DNA of 32,000 bases from Pirellula staleyi DSM 6068 (GTDB lineage Bacteria > Planctomycetota > Planctomycetia > Pirellulales > Pirellulaceae), in assembly GCA_000025185.1 (NCBI GenBank), contig CP001848.1, positions 2,910,001 through 2,942,000 on the forward strand. Reading direction: 5' to 3'. Positions within the stretch are counted from its first letter, which is position 1; each line of letters starts with the position of its first letter. Both the position numbers and the translations under genes were made by a program. The notes beneath the pieces were generated by a model. The model was not told the DNA's origin and made no database searches. It saw only the letters and a program-made list of their open reading frames with translations. This document shows, piece by piece, positions 18,398 to 27,005 of the stretch.

Positions 18398-19426
18398 ATG
18401 GCACGCAACGAACAACTGATTCGGCAGCACAAGATTCTGCAAATTCTCGAGCGAAATCGATTCGGTCAGCTGCTGCCCGAGATCCGCGATGAACTGGTGA
18501 ATGACTTGGGGCTCTCGAGTTTGCACGAGCGCAGTGTGCGCCGCGATCTCGAAGCGCTACAAGCGGCGGGGCTCGATGTGGGGGTGCACGATTCGCCGCG
18601 TGGCAAGGTCTGGAAACTTGGGCCGCGTGCTCGAGGAACGTACAGCATCGCCGCTTCGGCCACCGAGCTGATTGCGCTCTCGCTCAGCCGCGATTTGCTT
18701 TATCCACTCGTAGGCACACCCTTTTGGCAAGGGATCGAAACGTTTTGGAACAAGCTGCGCGAGGAGTTGCCCGAGACGGTTTGGAAGCACTGCGACGACT
18801 ATCGCAAAGTGCTCTACGTGCGCGGCATGCCGACCAAGTCGTACGCCAAACAGCAGGGGGTGCTGGCGACGATTCATCGCGCGACGATGGAGCACCGTAT
18901 TGTCGAAATCGAATATCAGCCGCCCGGAAAAGATTTGCAGCGCCGCAAGATCGAGCCGTATGCCGTTGTGTTCTACCAAGGCTCGCTCTACATCATCGCT
19001 GCTGCCAGTGAAGTTCCCGAAGGTGACGAGGACCGGATCAGGCATCTGAAGCTCGATCGCTTCGTTCGCGCAACGGCGCTCGACGCCTGGTTTCAAAAGC
19101 CGAAAGAGTTCGATCTGGCGAGCTACATGGGGCAGGGGCTCGGGATGTTTTCCGGCGGAAAAGCACGGGATTTTCGCATCCGCATCAGCCAGCGAGCCGC
19201 ACGCTGGATCATCGAAGACCCGTGGCATGCCGATCAAAAAATCGAAACGCAAAAGGATGGCAGCATCATCCTGACGGTGAAGGCCGCGCACGATTTGGAG
19301 ATCATTCCGCGTGTTCTTGCGCTCGCGAATGAAGCCGAGATTCTCGCTCCCGCTTCGTGCCGTAAACAGATTGCGTCGATCATCGAAGGACTCGCCGCGA
19401 CCTATCGATCGGCCCCTGCGACTTGA
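18398..19426 (+). CDS. HTH + WYL-domain transcriptional regulator (PafBC/BrxR/CapW-like architecture)
   Basis: 342 aa. N-terminal wHTH (IRQHKILQILE...ERSVRRDLEALQAAG). Central WYL-type SH3-like region (RRKIEPYAVVFYQGSLYIIAAA...IRHLKLDRFVRA). C-terminal WCX-like region (GSIILTVKAAHDLEIIPRVLALANEAEILAP). Confidence 0.85.
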   Translation: MARNEQLIRQHKILQILERNRFGQLLPEIRDELVNDLGLSSLHERSVRRDLEALQAAGLDVGVHDSPRGKVWKLGPRARGTYSIAASATELIALSLSRDLLYPLVGTPFWQGIETFWNKLREELPETVWKHCDDYRKVLYVRGMPTKSYAKQQGVLATIHRATMEHRIVEIEYQPPGKDLQRRKIEPYAVVFYQGSLYIIAAASEVPEGDEDRIRHLKLDRFVRATALDAWFQKPKEFDLASYMGQGLGMFSGGKARDFRIRISQRAARWIIEDPWHADQKIETQKDGSIILTVKAAHDLEIIPRVLALANEAEILAPASCRKQIASIIEGLAATYRSAPAT

Positions 19427-19465
19427 GTTCACTTCGACTTCGATTTGTTGGGATCGGCTATCGCT

Positions 19466-19924
19466 CTACTTGCGGCGCAGGCTCGACCAACTTTGCAGTC
19501 CCGCTTCGTCTGGCTCCATCGGCTCGCGCGTGCTGAGCCAATTGGTGCGCGCATAGAAATAGGTCTGAGCCTCGACAGTTGCGCCCGAAAGCAGCGTGCA
19601 AGTGATGGTGCGACGGACATACAAATCGTCGGGCTCGTCGGCGTAGCCTTCGATTTGGTCGAGCACTTTCAGCGTCGCGGCCAGTCCCGACGGCTCGATC
19701 GTCCAAACTTCCCCGAGCACAATCCCCGCGCCAGGAATCATCGCCGGATAAGCCCCCAGATCGTAGATCAAACCGGCGGTGGTGGCTGGCTCGATCTGCA
19801 GCGGAATGCGAGGCCACGACGAAGCGCGGCACTCCCCTTGCTTGAGCGTGCCGTATACAAAAATTTTGTTCACGTCGCTCACAGGTGCGTCCTTCAATGC
19901 GGCTGGCGCGCGAAATCCTCGCAC
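19466..19924 (-). CDS. Gamma-glutamylcyclotransferase / AIG2-like family protein
   Basis: IFVYGTLKQGE...GLIYDLGAYPAMIPG...LDQIEGY...LYVRR fits the GGCT/AIG2 fold pattern. The start is ambiguous. One option is GTG 19924, overlapping the upstream TAG by 1 nt. The other is GTG 19882, preceded by AAGGA with a 7-nt spacer. Confidence 0.75.
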   Translation of the reverse strand: MRGFRAPAALKDAPVSDVNKIFVYGTLKQGECRASSWPRIPLQIEPATTAGLIYDLGAYPAMIPGAGIVLGEVWTIEPSGLAATLKVLDQIEGYADEPDDLYVRRTITCTLLSGATVEAQTYFYARTNWLSTREPMEPDEAGLQSWSSLRRK

Positions 19925-22653
19925 TACAGCGCTGCTGCTGGGGCCGGCACGCGTTTCAGCTCTTCCAGGTCGATCTGCTTCGCGCCGGTGATGTCACGAT
20001 AGCGTTCGCCGTGGCAAGTAAACAGCAAGATTTGAAAACGTTTGGAAAGTTCGACCAAAATCTGTTTAATCGCCGCCAGTCGCGATGCATCGGTCGCCAC
20101 CAGCACATCGTCGAGCACCAGCAGTTGACGCTCCTCCCCGGCGACGATTTCAGCCATCGCCAGCCGCATCGCTAGGTGCACTTGCTCCTGCTCGCCGCTG
20201 GAAAGCAGCTCCGACTCAACCTCAGCACCATGCTCGCCTGGGACCACACCTTGCAGCAGAAAATCATCGCCAATGGCAATCGACGACACTTTGCGAAGCC
20301 CCATCCGCTCGAGATATCCAACCGCGCGATGCGCAATCGGAGCAGCCAAGGTTCGGAGCATCGATGCTTGCTGCTCGAGCATCGTTTGACGCAGCAGCTT
20401 GATGGCATCGAGCTTGAGCCGTTCTTCTTCCACGATTGTCCGGAGCGAAGCGGCACGCTCTTCGCACTGCGACAGCCGGGTGTAAAGCGATTCGTCGGTG
20501 AGCCCCTCCATTTTCGTCGTCGCCACAATCAGATGGCTATCGATCTGACGCTCGGCGGCGGTGAGCTGCTGCACGTCGAGATCGAGCTGTTTCAGCTCGG
20601 CGCGGGGATCGCTCCCCAGCTGCTCGAGCTGCGTGGTTGCCTCTTTGAGTTTCTCTCGTGCACGCGCCCACACGAGCATCAGCTCATCTTTTTTCTCCTC
20701 GCGCGCGGCGTCGCTCAAGCCGTCGGCCAGTAGCGCGGCAAGCTGCCCGTTTTTGGCTTCGACCGACTTTTCGAGCGTTTTTTGCGAGCTCTCGGCGAGA
20801 GCGATTTTTTGCTTCAGCTGCGAGATCTCCTCTGCCACTGCGCGGTGACGTTTCTCGGCACTGGCAATCTGCTCGTCGAGCTGTTTCTTCTCGTCACTGA
20901 GCGACTGGGCGAGTGCCTGAGGATCGGGAATCGAATCGCGCCACGCAGGATATTTCGTCAGAATGCTTTCGAGCTTCTGCTGATCCACGCGCAGTTTCTT
21001 TTCGAGATCGGCGAGCGAACTACCCCGCAGCAGCGCCGAGAGATTCGACTTAAGTCCAGCCACATCACGCGCCAGATTCGCAGCCTGCTCGGCCAGCACA
21101 CGGAGCTGCGCGACATCGCGGCTGCCGAGCGCCGTTTCTTTCACGCGAATCGCTCCCTCCGTGGCGTCGAGCTTCACTTGCACATCGGCTGCTGAAGTAG
21201 CGGGACCACTCACACGAAACGTCCCGATACCGGGCAAGCGAATGGCCACTTCAGGGGAGCCACGCCAGGTGTGCGACGCGCCGGCTTCGAGCCGCTTGGT
21301 GGCTAAGTCAAAGGCCTGAATCGGCTCAATATCGAGCTGCTGTTCGGCCTTAATCTCGAGATGAAAGAGGGCCGCGTCGCGCTGTGTCCGAAGTTGCTCG
21401 TACGTCCGCAGCAGCTTGTCGAGCTCATCGATTTCTTTCGTCGATGGGCTCGGCAGTTCCTTGAGTTCGGCCTGAAGTGCCGCGCTGCGCTCTTGTAAGG
21501 CGCGCGCTTCGTCGATTGTTTGCTGCTGAGGAGCCAGCGAATCGCGCAGACGAATCAGATCGGCTACTTCGCTCGAAATCTGACTCCGCTCGGCCAAAAT
21601 TTTCCATGCAGCGCGAAGATTATCCACCTCCCCAGCCAGTTGCTTCTCGCTCGCCGTAAGCTCGTCGAGTTGTGCTCGCCATGTGGGAGTTTGCAGCGCA
21701 GCTTCGCTGAGTTGCTCACGCTCTAGCACCAGCTGCGCTCGGAGAGTTTGAATCGAAGCAAGCATTTGCTCGAGCTGCTTATACTCGTTTTGAGCAATCT
21801 TCGACGCGCTCTCTTGCTGCGTTTTTTGCGCGAGCAGCTGCGTGTACTGTTCCACCGCTTGGATCAGCAAATGCTGACGCTGTTTGCGCTCGGCGAGTTT
21901 CTGCTGTGCCTCGCCGCGGTCGATTCGCAGCTGCTGGATGCTGGTCGATAAATGGTCGAATTCTGCAAGTTTTTCGCGATATTTGGCAATTTCTTCTGCC
22001 ACGGTTCGCAGCTCTGCTTCGAGTCCGACCACGGCCGGGGCAAGCTTCCCCGACTTGAGCGCACCCTTCTCGGTGAAGCTCTTGGCATAGAGCGACTCGC
22101 ACGCTTTTTGCACCGTTGCCGTGACAGGATCGGCCAGCTGACTTTCGAGCGAACTGCGCATCGCATCGATCGTCGAAGCACTCACGTGCGTCAATGCCAG
22201 CTGATCTTGAGGAGCCCACAACAGCTGAGCAATTCCCCAGTGCTGCAGCGACGACGAACTCTTCTCGGTCGTGTCGCCATCAAACAGTTCGCGGATTTTG
22301 AGATCGGCTTGCTTCCCTTCGGCGAGAGGCTGCCACTGACCATGTTCCAGTTTGGTGAGCGAAGCGCGCCGCTGCGCGATGAACTGTTTCTCAGCGCGAT
22401 AGCGGGCTGTGCCGATTTCGAATTCCAGCAGCACTTGCGGACCGAGCGAACGTCCCCAAGGAACCATCGCGCGCGTCGATTCTTTATCGCTCGAGTGATT
22501 CTCGAAGGCGGCATGGACAAGCGCGCCGACGATCGTGCTTTTGCCCGCTCCGTTGGCACCATGAATGACATTGATGCCGGGTGCGAGCTCGTCGAGCACG
22601 ACAGGAAGCACGAGCGATTTCCAGTTCGCCACACGGATGCTACGGATCATCAT
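19924..22653 (-). CDS. sbcC: SbcC/Rad50-like SMC-type ATPase, hook-less (YhaN-like)
   Basis: 909 aa. Walker A GANGAGKST (res 32-40), long heptad-rich arms, ABC signature LSSGEQ, Walker B LLVLDDV and an FTCH H-loop. No CxxC motif occurs anywhere. The ATG overlaps the upstream TGA (ATGA). Confidence 0.85.
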   Translation of the reverse strand: MMIRSIRVANWKSLVLPVVLDELAPGINVIHGANGAGKSTIVGALVHAAFENHSSDKESTRAMVPWGRSLGPQVLLEFEIGTARYRAEKQFIAQRRASLTKLEHGQWQPLAEGKQADLKIRELFDGDTTEKSSSSLQHWGIAQLLWAPQDQLALTHVSASTIDAMRSSLESQLADPVTATVQKACESLYAKSFTEKGALKSGKLAPAVVGLEAELRTVAEEIAKYREKLAEFDHLSTSIQQLRIDRGEAQQKLAERKQRQHLLIQAVEQYTQLLAQKTQQESASKIAQNEYKQLEQMLASIQTLRAQLVLEREQLSEAALQTPTWRAQLDELTASEKQLAGEVDNLRAAWKILAERSQISSEVADLIRLRDSLAPQQQTIDEARALQERSAALQAELKELPSPSTKEIDELDKLLRTYEQLRTQRDAALFHLEIKAEQQLDIEPIQAFDLATKRLEAGASHTWRGSPEVAIRLPGIGTFRVSGPATSAADVQVKLDATEGAIRVKETALGSRDVAQLRVLAEQAANLARDVAGLKSNLSALLRGSSLADLEKKLRVDQQKLESILTKYPAWRDSIPDPQALAQSLSDEKKQLDEQIASAEKRHRAVAEEISQLKQKIALAESSQKTLEKSVEAKNGQLAALLADGLSDAAREEKKDELMLVWARAREKLKEATTQLEQLGSDPRAELKQLDLDVQQLTAAERQIDSHLIVATTKMEGLTDESLYTRLSQCEERAASLRTIVEEERLKLDAIKLLRQTMLEQQASMLRTLAAPIAHRAVGYLERMGLRKVSSIAIGDDFLLQGVVPGEHGAEVESELLSSGEQEQVHLAMRLAMAEIVAGEERQLLVLDDVLVATDASRLAAIKQILVELSKRFQILLFTCHGERYRDITGAKQIDLEELKRVPAPAAAL

Positions 22654-23768
22654 CGCTGCGACTCCTTCAGCAAGCGAAACAGTTCGAGCAAGGCCCGCTC
22701 AGCTACCAGCGATTCACGCGCTGCCGGCGCGCTCGCTGCAGTAGTGCGGCGGCGGAGTTCCTCGCTTGTGGTCCGGAGAATTCCCGCCGGGATTGCTTCG
22801 AGCCAACTGTCGTCTTCGGGCGGGGCATGCAGCTGCGAATCGTCGAATCGAGCGAGCAGCAGTTCGCTGGTGCACTTCTCCATGATCGCCGCAAGTTCCG
22901 AGCGAAATTGCGGTGACAAGAGCCCGGCAATTTTGCATTCCAGCAGCGTTGTTTGTGGCGATGGGAGTGCGCGGAGTCGAACGCCGAGCGCTGTCAAATC
23001 GCTCTCGCCGCGTAGCGTCACCTCGATGCTGTGCCACTGAAGTTCCCCCGTTTTTATGGTTTTGATCGAGGGTTTCGCGCCACGCGCTGCGATGTCGACT
23101 AGCAACACGTTGCCACTATCGCGCTCGCCGAAAGCGGTCGGCTCATGCGTGCCGCTATACGCCAGCACTCCGCTAGCGCCAGGCGATTCGACTACCAGTG
23201 TCGAATGCCAGTGGCCGATAGCGAGATAGTCGAGCCCCGCATCGATGGCAGCGGTTTTCGGCATCGGAAAATGATTGTCATCGGACGACACATAGTCGAG
23301 GCTGCCGTGAGCGATGCCGATGCAGATCTCTTCTCGACGTTTGGCATCGATGCTTGTGACCGGATTCTGTTTGCCATGTTTCGCGGTGAGTGGGGCAGGA
23401 AACAGAACTCCCCCCTCCACACTGATCGGCGTGGCATCTTGCAGCAGCGTGACGTGGCGGAGCGATTTCCAAACACGATGTTCCCAGACGGAGCCCGGCA
23501 TCAGCGGATCGTGATTGCCGGGGAGAATGTAAACGCGCCGTGCGCCACTCTCCAGAATCTGAGCGACCTCTTCGACCAGTTTTCGATCGACGGCTGAATC
23601 TTCGAACGTATCCCCCGCGACCAAGAGAAACGGAGCATCCTCGCGCTCCGCCACTTCCATAACGCGCCGCGCGGAAGCGAGTCGAGCGTCGCGCACGCGC
23701 TGCGCTTGCTCACCCGCATGGGCAGCTTTCATTCCGATTTGCCAGTCGGCCGTATGAAGAAATCGCAT
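22650..23768 (-). CDS. sbcD: SbcD/Mre11-like metallophosphoesterase nuclease subunit
   Basis: 372 aa. Calcineurin-like motifs are present: HTADWQIG (motif I, with Q where canonical SbcD has H), VAGDTFED, LPGNHD, IAHG, AIGHWH. Confidence 0.85.
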   Translation of the reverse strand: MRFLHTADWQIGMKAAHAGEQAQRVRDARLASARRVMEVAEREDAPFLLVAGDTFEDSAVDRKLVEEVAQILESGARRVYILPGNHDPLMPGSVWEHRVWKSLRHVTLLQDATPISVEGGVLFPAPLTAKHGKQNPVTSIDAKRREEICIGIAHGSLDYVSSDDNHFPMPKTAAIDAGLDYLAIGHWHSTLVVESPGASGVLAYSGTHEPTAFGERDSGNVLLVDIAARGAKPSIKTIKTGELQWHSIEVTLRGESDLTALGVRLRALPSPQTTLLECKIAGLLSPQFRSELAAIMEKCTSELLLARFDDSQLHAPPEDDSWLEAIPAGILRTTSEELRRRTTAASAPAARESLVAERALLELFRLLKESQR

Positions 23769-23855
23769 GGAGTTGAGTTCTGGGGGATCTAGAAAAAGCA
23801 GTGTATTTCAAGCGTTTAACGGCAGATTTCGGCGTGCAGCTGGAAGGAGAAAACG

Positions 23856-26800
23856 CTAGGCAACGGACTCTATCGTACCGCTTTTGAGGAAGGCGAGGGT
23901 GAGTGTCACTTGCGATTCGGGAAGGTGATAGAGCGACATGATCGCGCGGCGATAAGCGCGGAGCTGAGGGGTGTAGAACGCGACCCGACTCGACAGCTCG
24001 TCGGCATCTTTCCCATGATCGGTCTTGAAGTCGATCACTTCTGCGCCGATAACTTTGCCACCTTGCGACCAGAGCACCACACGGTCGAAGCTACCGGTAA
24101 GCAGCTGTTCTCCATCACGCACCGCGAAAGGATGCTCGCGCAGCAACTGTAGCTCGCCACGATGCTCGGCATAACGCTCGGTCGAGAGTAGTTCGCGGAT
24201 CGCAGGCTGGGCGAGATAACGCCGGAACTCGGCGATCATCGCGTCGAGTTCAGCAGGCTCCGATGAGGCTGCATAATCGCTCGCGCGCAGTGCTTCGTCG
24301 GTCGGAAGTGGCTTGTCGGTCCAGTCGACCAGTTCCATCCAGCCATGGATGAGGGTCCCACGTGCCAGGGCTAAGCGGTCGGAGGTTCCGAGCAGAAAAT
24401 CCATCCGCACTTTCGGGCCACCTTCGAGCTCCGAGGGACTGACGCGATCGACTAAACGTGGCGGAAATGCCGGTTTTTTAGCGATATCGATCGGATCGAT
24501 GGTCGGGATCTCGCTCGCATAATCGTCCGGCACAGTGTCCAAGGTCAGGTCGATGGCTGCATGGTCGGGACGCCAGGTTTCCTCCCCCGTTTCAAACGCC
24601 ACGGAGTTCGGTAGGACTTCGGAAGTGGTCAGCGTCGCCTTGAGGAGCCCTGCATAGTCGCGTTTGAGTGTGCCGGTCTTCGTGGGTGGATCGACCACCA
24701 TGTACATCGCATGAATCGCGCGGGTCATGGCGACGTACATCACGCAGAGCGACTCGGTGACCGCAGCATCGGTGTGGGTTTGAAAAAGTTCGACGAGCGA
24801 CTTCCCCAGTTGTTGCTGCGTTTGCTTATTCGCATAACGACAGACGGTGTCGACCGGACCATAGGGTGAGCTTCGACCGGTGACGAACATTGGGACTTGA
24901 CCGGTGAGGCTTTCGTCGAGTTCAGGAAGCACGACCAGATCGAATTCGAGTCCTTTGGCTTGATGCACCGTCATCACACGGACCTTCGCGGCAGCTGGAT
25001 CGCTCACGCGGCGGGTCTCGATGATTTCGATCAATCGCTCGATCCGGAGTGACGGATTGTTGCCGAGTTGATAGGCCATTTCGACCAGTTGACCGAGGCG
25101 TGCTTCGTCGCGCGGCTGACAATGTGGCGCGAGTATGCGGGCCCAAGCGAGCACCACCTTGCCGTAGCCTTGCTCGAGCAAATCGCGGCGAATTCGAGCG
25201 GAAATCTCCGCCGCGAGGCTAGTATCATCAAATTGATCGGCATCGAAACCGAGCGCATGTCCCAGGGGCGAATGGGCCAGATGAAATCGCGCTACGCTGT
25301 CGGCCGGATGTTCTGCGAGTCGCAGCGCCGAGAGAATAATCTCGACCGGGGCCGAGTCGCAAAGTGCGTTGCCACCTTCTTCGCTCGCGCGGACACTCCG
25401 CTGTCGCAAAAGCAGCATCATCTCGGCGACCGTATCGTTTTTGCGAACGAGCACACCAAGCGAGCGGGTGGGATGCGCGGCTGCAAGCTGCGCGATCAGA
25501 TTGGCGGCGTACTGCAGGCGGAGTCGTTTTTGCGTCTCCCCTTCATCAGCAGCTGGCGCGACATGCAGCGCAACATAGCCGCTCAACTCTTTCTTCGCGG
25601 TGCTGTGCTGAGGAAACGTCGTTTGCCATTTCTTCACTGCCTCCGAGGCGTTCTCGAGAGAGGTGTGCTGCAGCAGATTTTTGAAGACCAGATTCACGCA
25701 GTCGATCACTGGCTGCGAACAGCGGTAGCTGGTGGCGAGTTCTTCCGACGCAATTTCGGGAAGCTGTTCTTGCACAGCGGCGAAGATCGAAGCGAGTCCG
25801 CCGCGCCAGCCGTAGATCGCTTGCTTGACGTCTCCCACGCAGAGCAGCGTCGAAGCTGGATGTGTAGCGAGCATCTGGGTGGCGATCGGCAGCAGCACGC
25901 GCCACTGCGTGAGGGAGGTGTCTTGGAATTCATCGAGCAGCAAATGCTCGATGCGCGTGCCGAGTCGCGAAGTCGATTGGGCCAGTTTGCTCGAATCGAG
26001 TCCGGCAGCTAGTTGCTGAGTCACATCATCGAATCGCAAGCTCCGATGCTCGCGCTGCAGCCGCTGATAGACGCCAGCAAAATGGTCGAGCAATTGCCAA
26101 GTCGCTTCGGTTTGCATCGCCACTTGATGCACCAGCTGCGAAGCGGCGTGCTGAATCAGTGTGCGATAGATAGCGATGATGGGGGGCGGAATCTCTTTGC
26201 CATAAAACTTGTCTTCACCAGCGGCTAGCTTCGAGGGAATTCCTTTCTCGAGGAAGAGTTTGAAATCTTCCGCCTCGATGGCGGCGATGCTTTCAACGCG
26301 CGACTTGTCGAAGCGTTTGTCGGTCATCGGGAATTCGCTGAGGCAATCGATGGCCGCCTCAACATCGCTGTGCGAAACGCGTGCAAGTGCGGGAATCTTT
26401 TGCCAGGCATCTCTCGATGTTTCGCGGTAAAGCGAGTAGAGCGAATTGACAGTGTCGAGCACCAGATCGCTGACACCGCGGCGTGCTTCTCCTTTGAAGA
26501 GCAGGTTGACGAGCGTGAGGAGATCGCTGGTTTTTTCGGTGTCGAGAACTGCTTCGATGGCGTCGCGGCGCATTCGCAGGTCTTCTTCGTACTCGCAGAT
26601 CGACCAGCCCAGCGGCAAGCTCAGTTCGAGCGCGAGCGACGTGGCGATGCGAGCAAAGAAGCTGTCGAGAGTTCCGACCTGCAGCGCGTCGAGTTGACTC
26701 AGGATCGAGGTGAGCAGCTCTTGGCACTTGGTGACGGTGAGCTGAGGACGCGCGATCGCAGCAGCAAGTTGCTGACATGCCTCGTCGGTGAGTGCTGCTT

Positions 26801-27005
26801 GGGCAAGTCGCAACAGAATGCGGTCGAAAATTTCCCCGGCAGCTTTGCGCGTGAAGGTGGTCGCCAGGATGTTTCGCGGTGGCACACCGTCGACCAGCAG
26901 TTGCAGATAGTGGCCGGTGAGTCGATAGGTTTTGCCGGTCCCAGCGCTCGCGCGAATCACGACCCGCGCTGGACTGGGTGACTTGGTGGCGAGTGTCTTA
27001 CTCAT
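23856..27005 (-). CDS. addA: AddA/RecB-type UvrD-family helicase with C-terminal PD-(D/E)XK nuclease
   Basis: Start taken at ATG 27005 (MSKTLATK...). Helicase motifs: ASAGTGKT, LLDEFQDTS, GDVKQAIYGWRGG, TSYRC, VMTVHQAKGLEFD. Nuclease motifs: GTLIHGWMELV, FDRVVLW...EVIDFKTD, YTPQLRAY. The 8-nt overlap ATGAGTAA joins it to the upstream gene. Confidence 0.85.
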   Translation of the reverse strand: MSKTLATKSPSPARVVIRASAGTGKTYRLTGHYLQLLVDGVPPRNILATTFTRKAAGEIFDRILLRLAQAALTDEACQQLAAAIARPQLTVTKCQELLTSILSQLDALQVGTLDSFFARIATSLALELSLPLGWSICEYEEDLRMRRDAIEAVLDTEKTSDLLTLVNLLFKGEARRGVSDLVLDTVNSLYSLYRETSRDAWQKIPALARVSHSDVEAAIDCLSEFPMTDKRFDKSRVESIAAIEAEDFKLFLEKGIPSKLAAGEDKFYGKEIPPPIIAIYRTLIQHAASQLVHQVAMQTEATWQLLDHFAGVYQRLQREHRSLRFDDVTQQLAAGLDSSKLAQSTSRLGTRIEHLLLDEFQDTSLTQWRVLLPIATQMLATHPASTLLCVGDVKQAIYGWRGGLASIFAAVQEQLPEIASEELATSYRCSQPVIDCVNLVFKNLLQHTSLENASEAVKKWQTTFPQHSTAKKELSGYVALHVAPAADEGETQKRLRLQYAANLIAQLAAAHPTRSLGVLVRKNDTVAEMMLLLRQRSVRASEEGGNALCDSAPVEIILSALRLAEHPADSVARFHLAHSPLGHALGFDADQFDDTSLAAEISARIRRDLLEQGYGKVVLAWARILAPHCQPRDEARLGQLVEMAYQLGNNPSLRIERLIEIIETRRVSDPAAAKVRVMTVHQAKGLEFDLVVLPELDESLTGQVPMFVTGRSSPYGPVDTVCRYANKQTQQQLGKSLVELFQTHTDAAVTESLCVMYVAMTRAIHAMYMVVDPPTKTGTLKRDYAGLLKATLTTSEVLPNSVAFETGEETWRPDHAAIDLTLDTVPDDYASEIPTIDPIDIAKKPAFPPRLVDRVSPSELEGGPKVRMDFLLGTSDRLALARGTLIHGWMELVDWTDKPLPTDEALRASDYAASSEPAELDAMIAEFRRYLAQPAIRELLSTERYAEHRGELQLLREHPFAVRDGEQLLTGSFDRVVLWSQGGKVIGAEVIDFKTDHGKDADELSSRVAFYTPQLRAYRRAIMSLYHLPESQVTLTLAFLKSGTIESVA

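Noticed and set aside
21952-23040. 362-aa + strand ORF across the SbcC-like/SbcD-like junction, and a 314-aa + ORF at 25068..26012 inside the AddA-like gene
   Set aside because: Both are antisense to genes with complete catalytic motif sets. Their translations are Arg/Ser-rich with no domain pattern.
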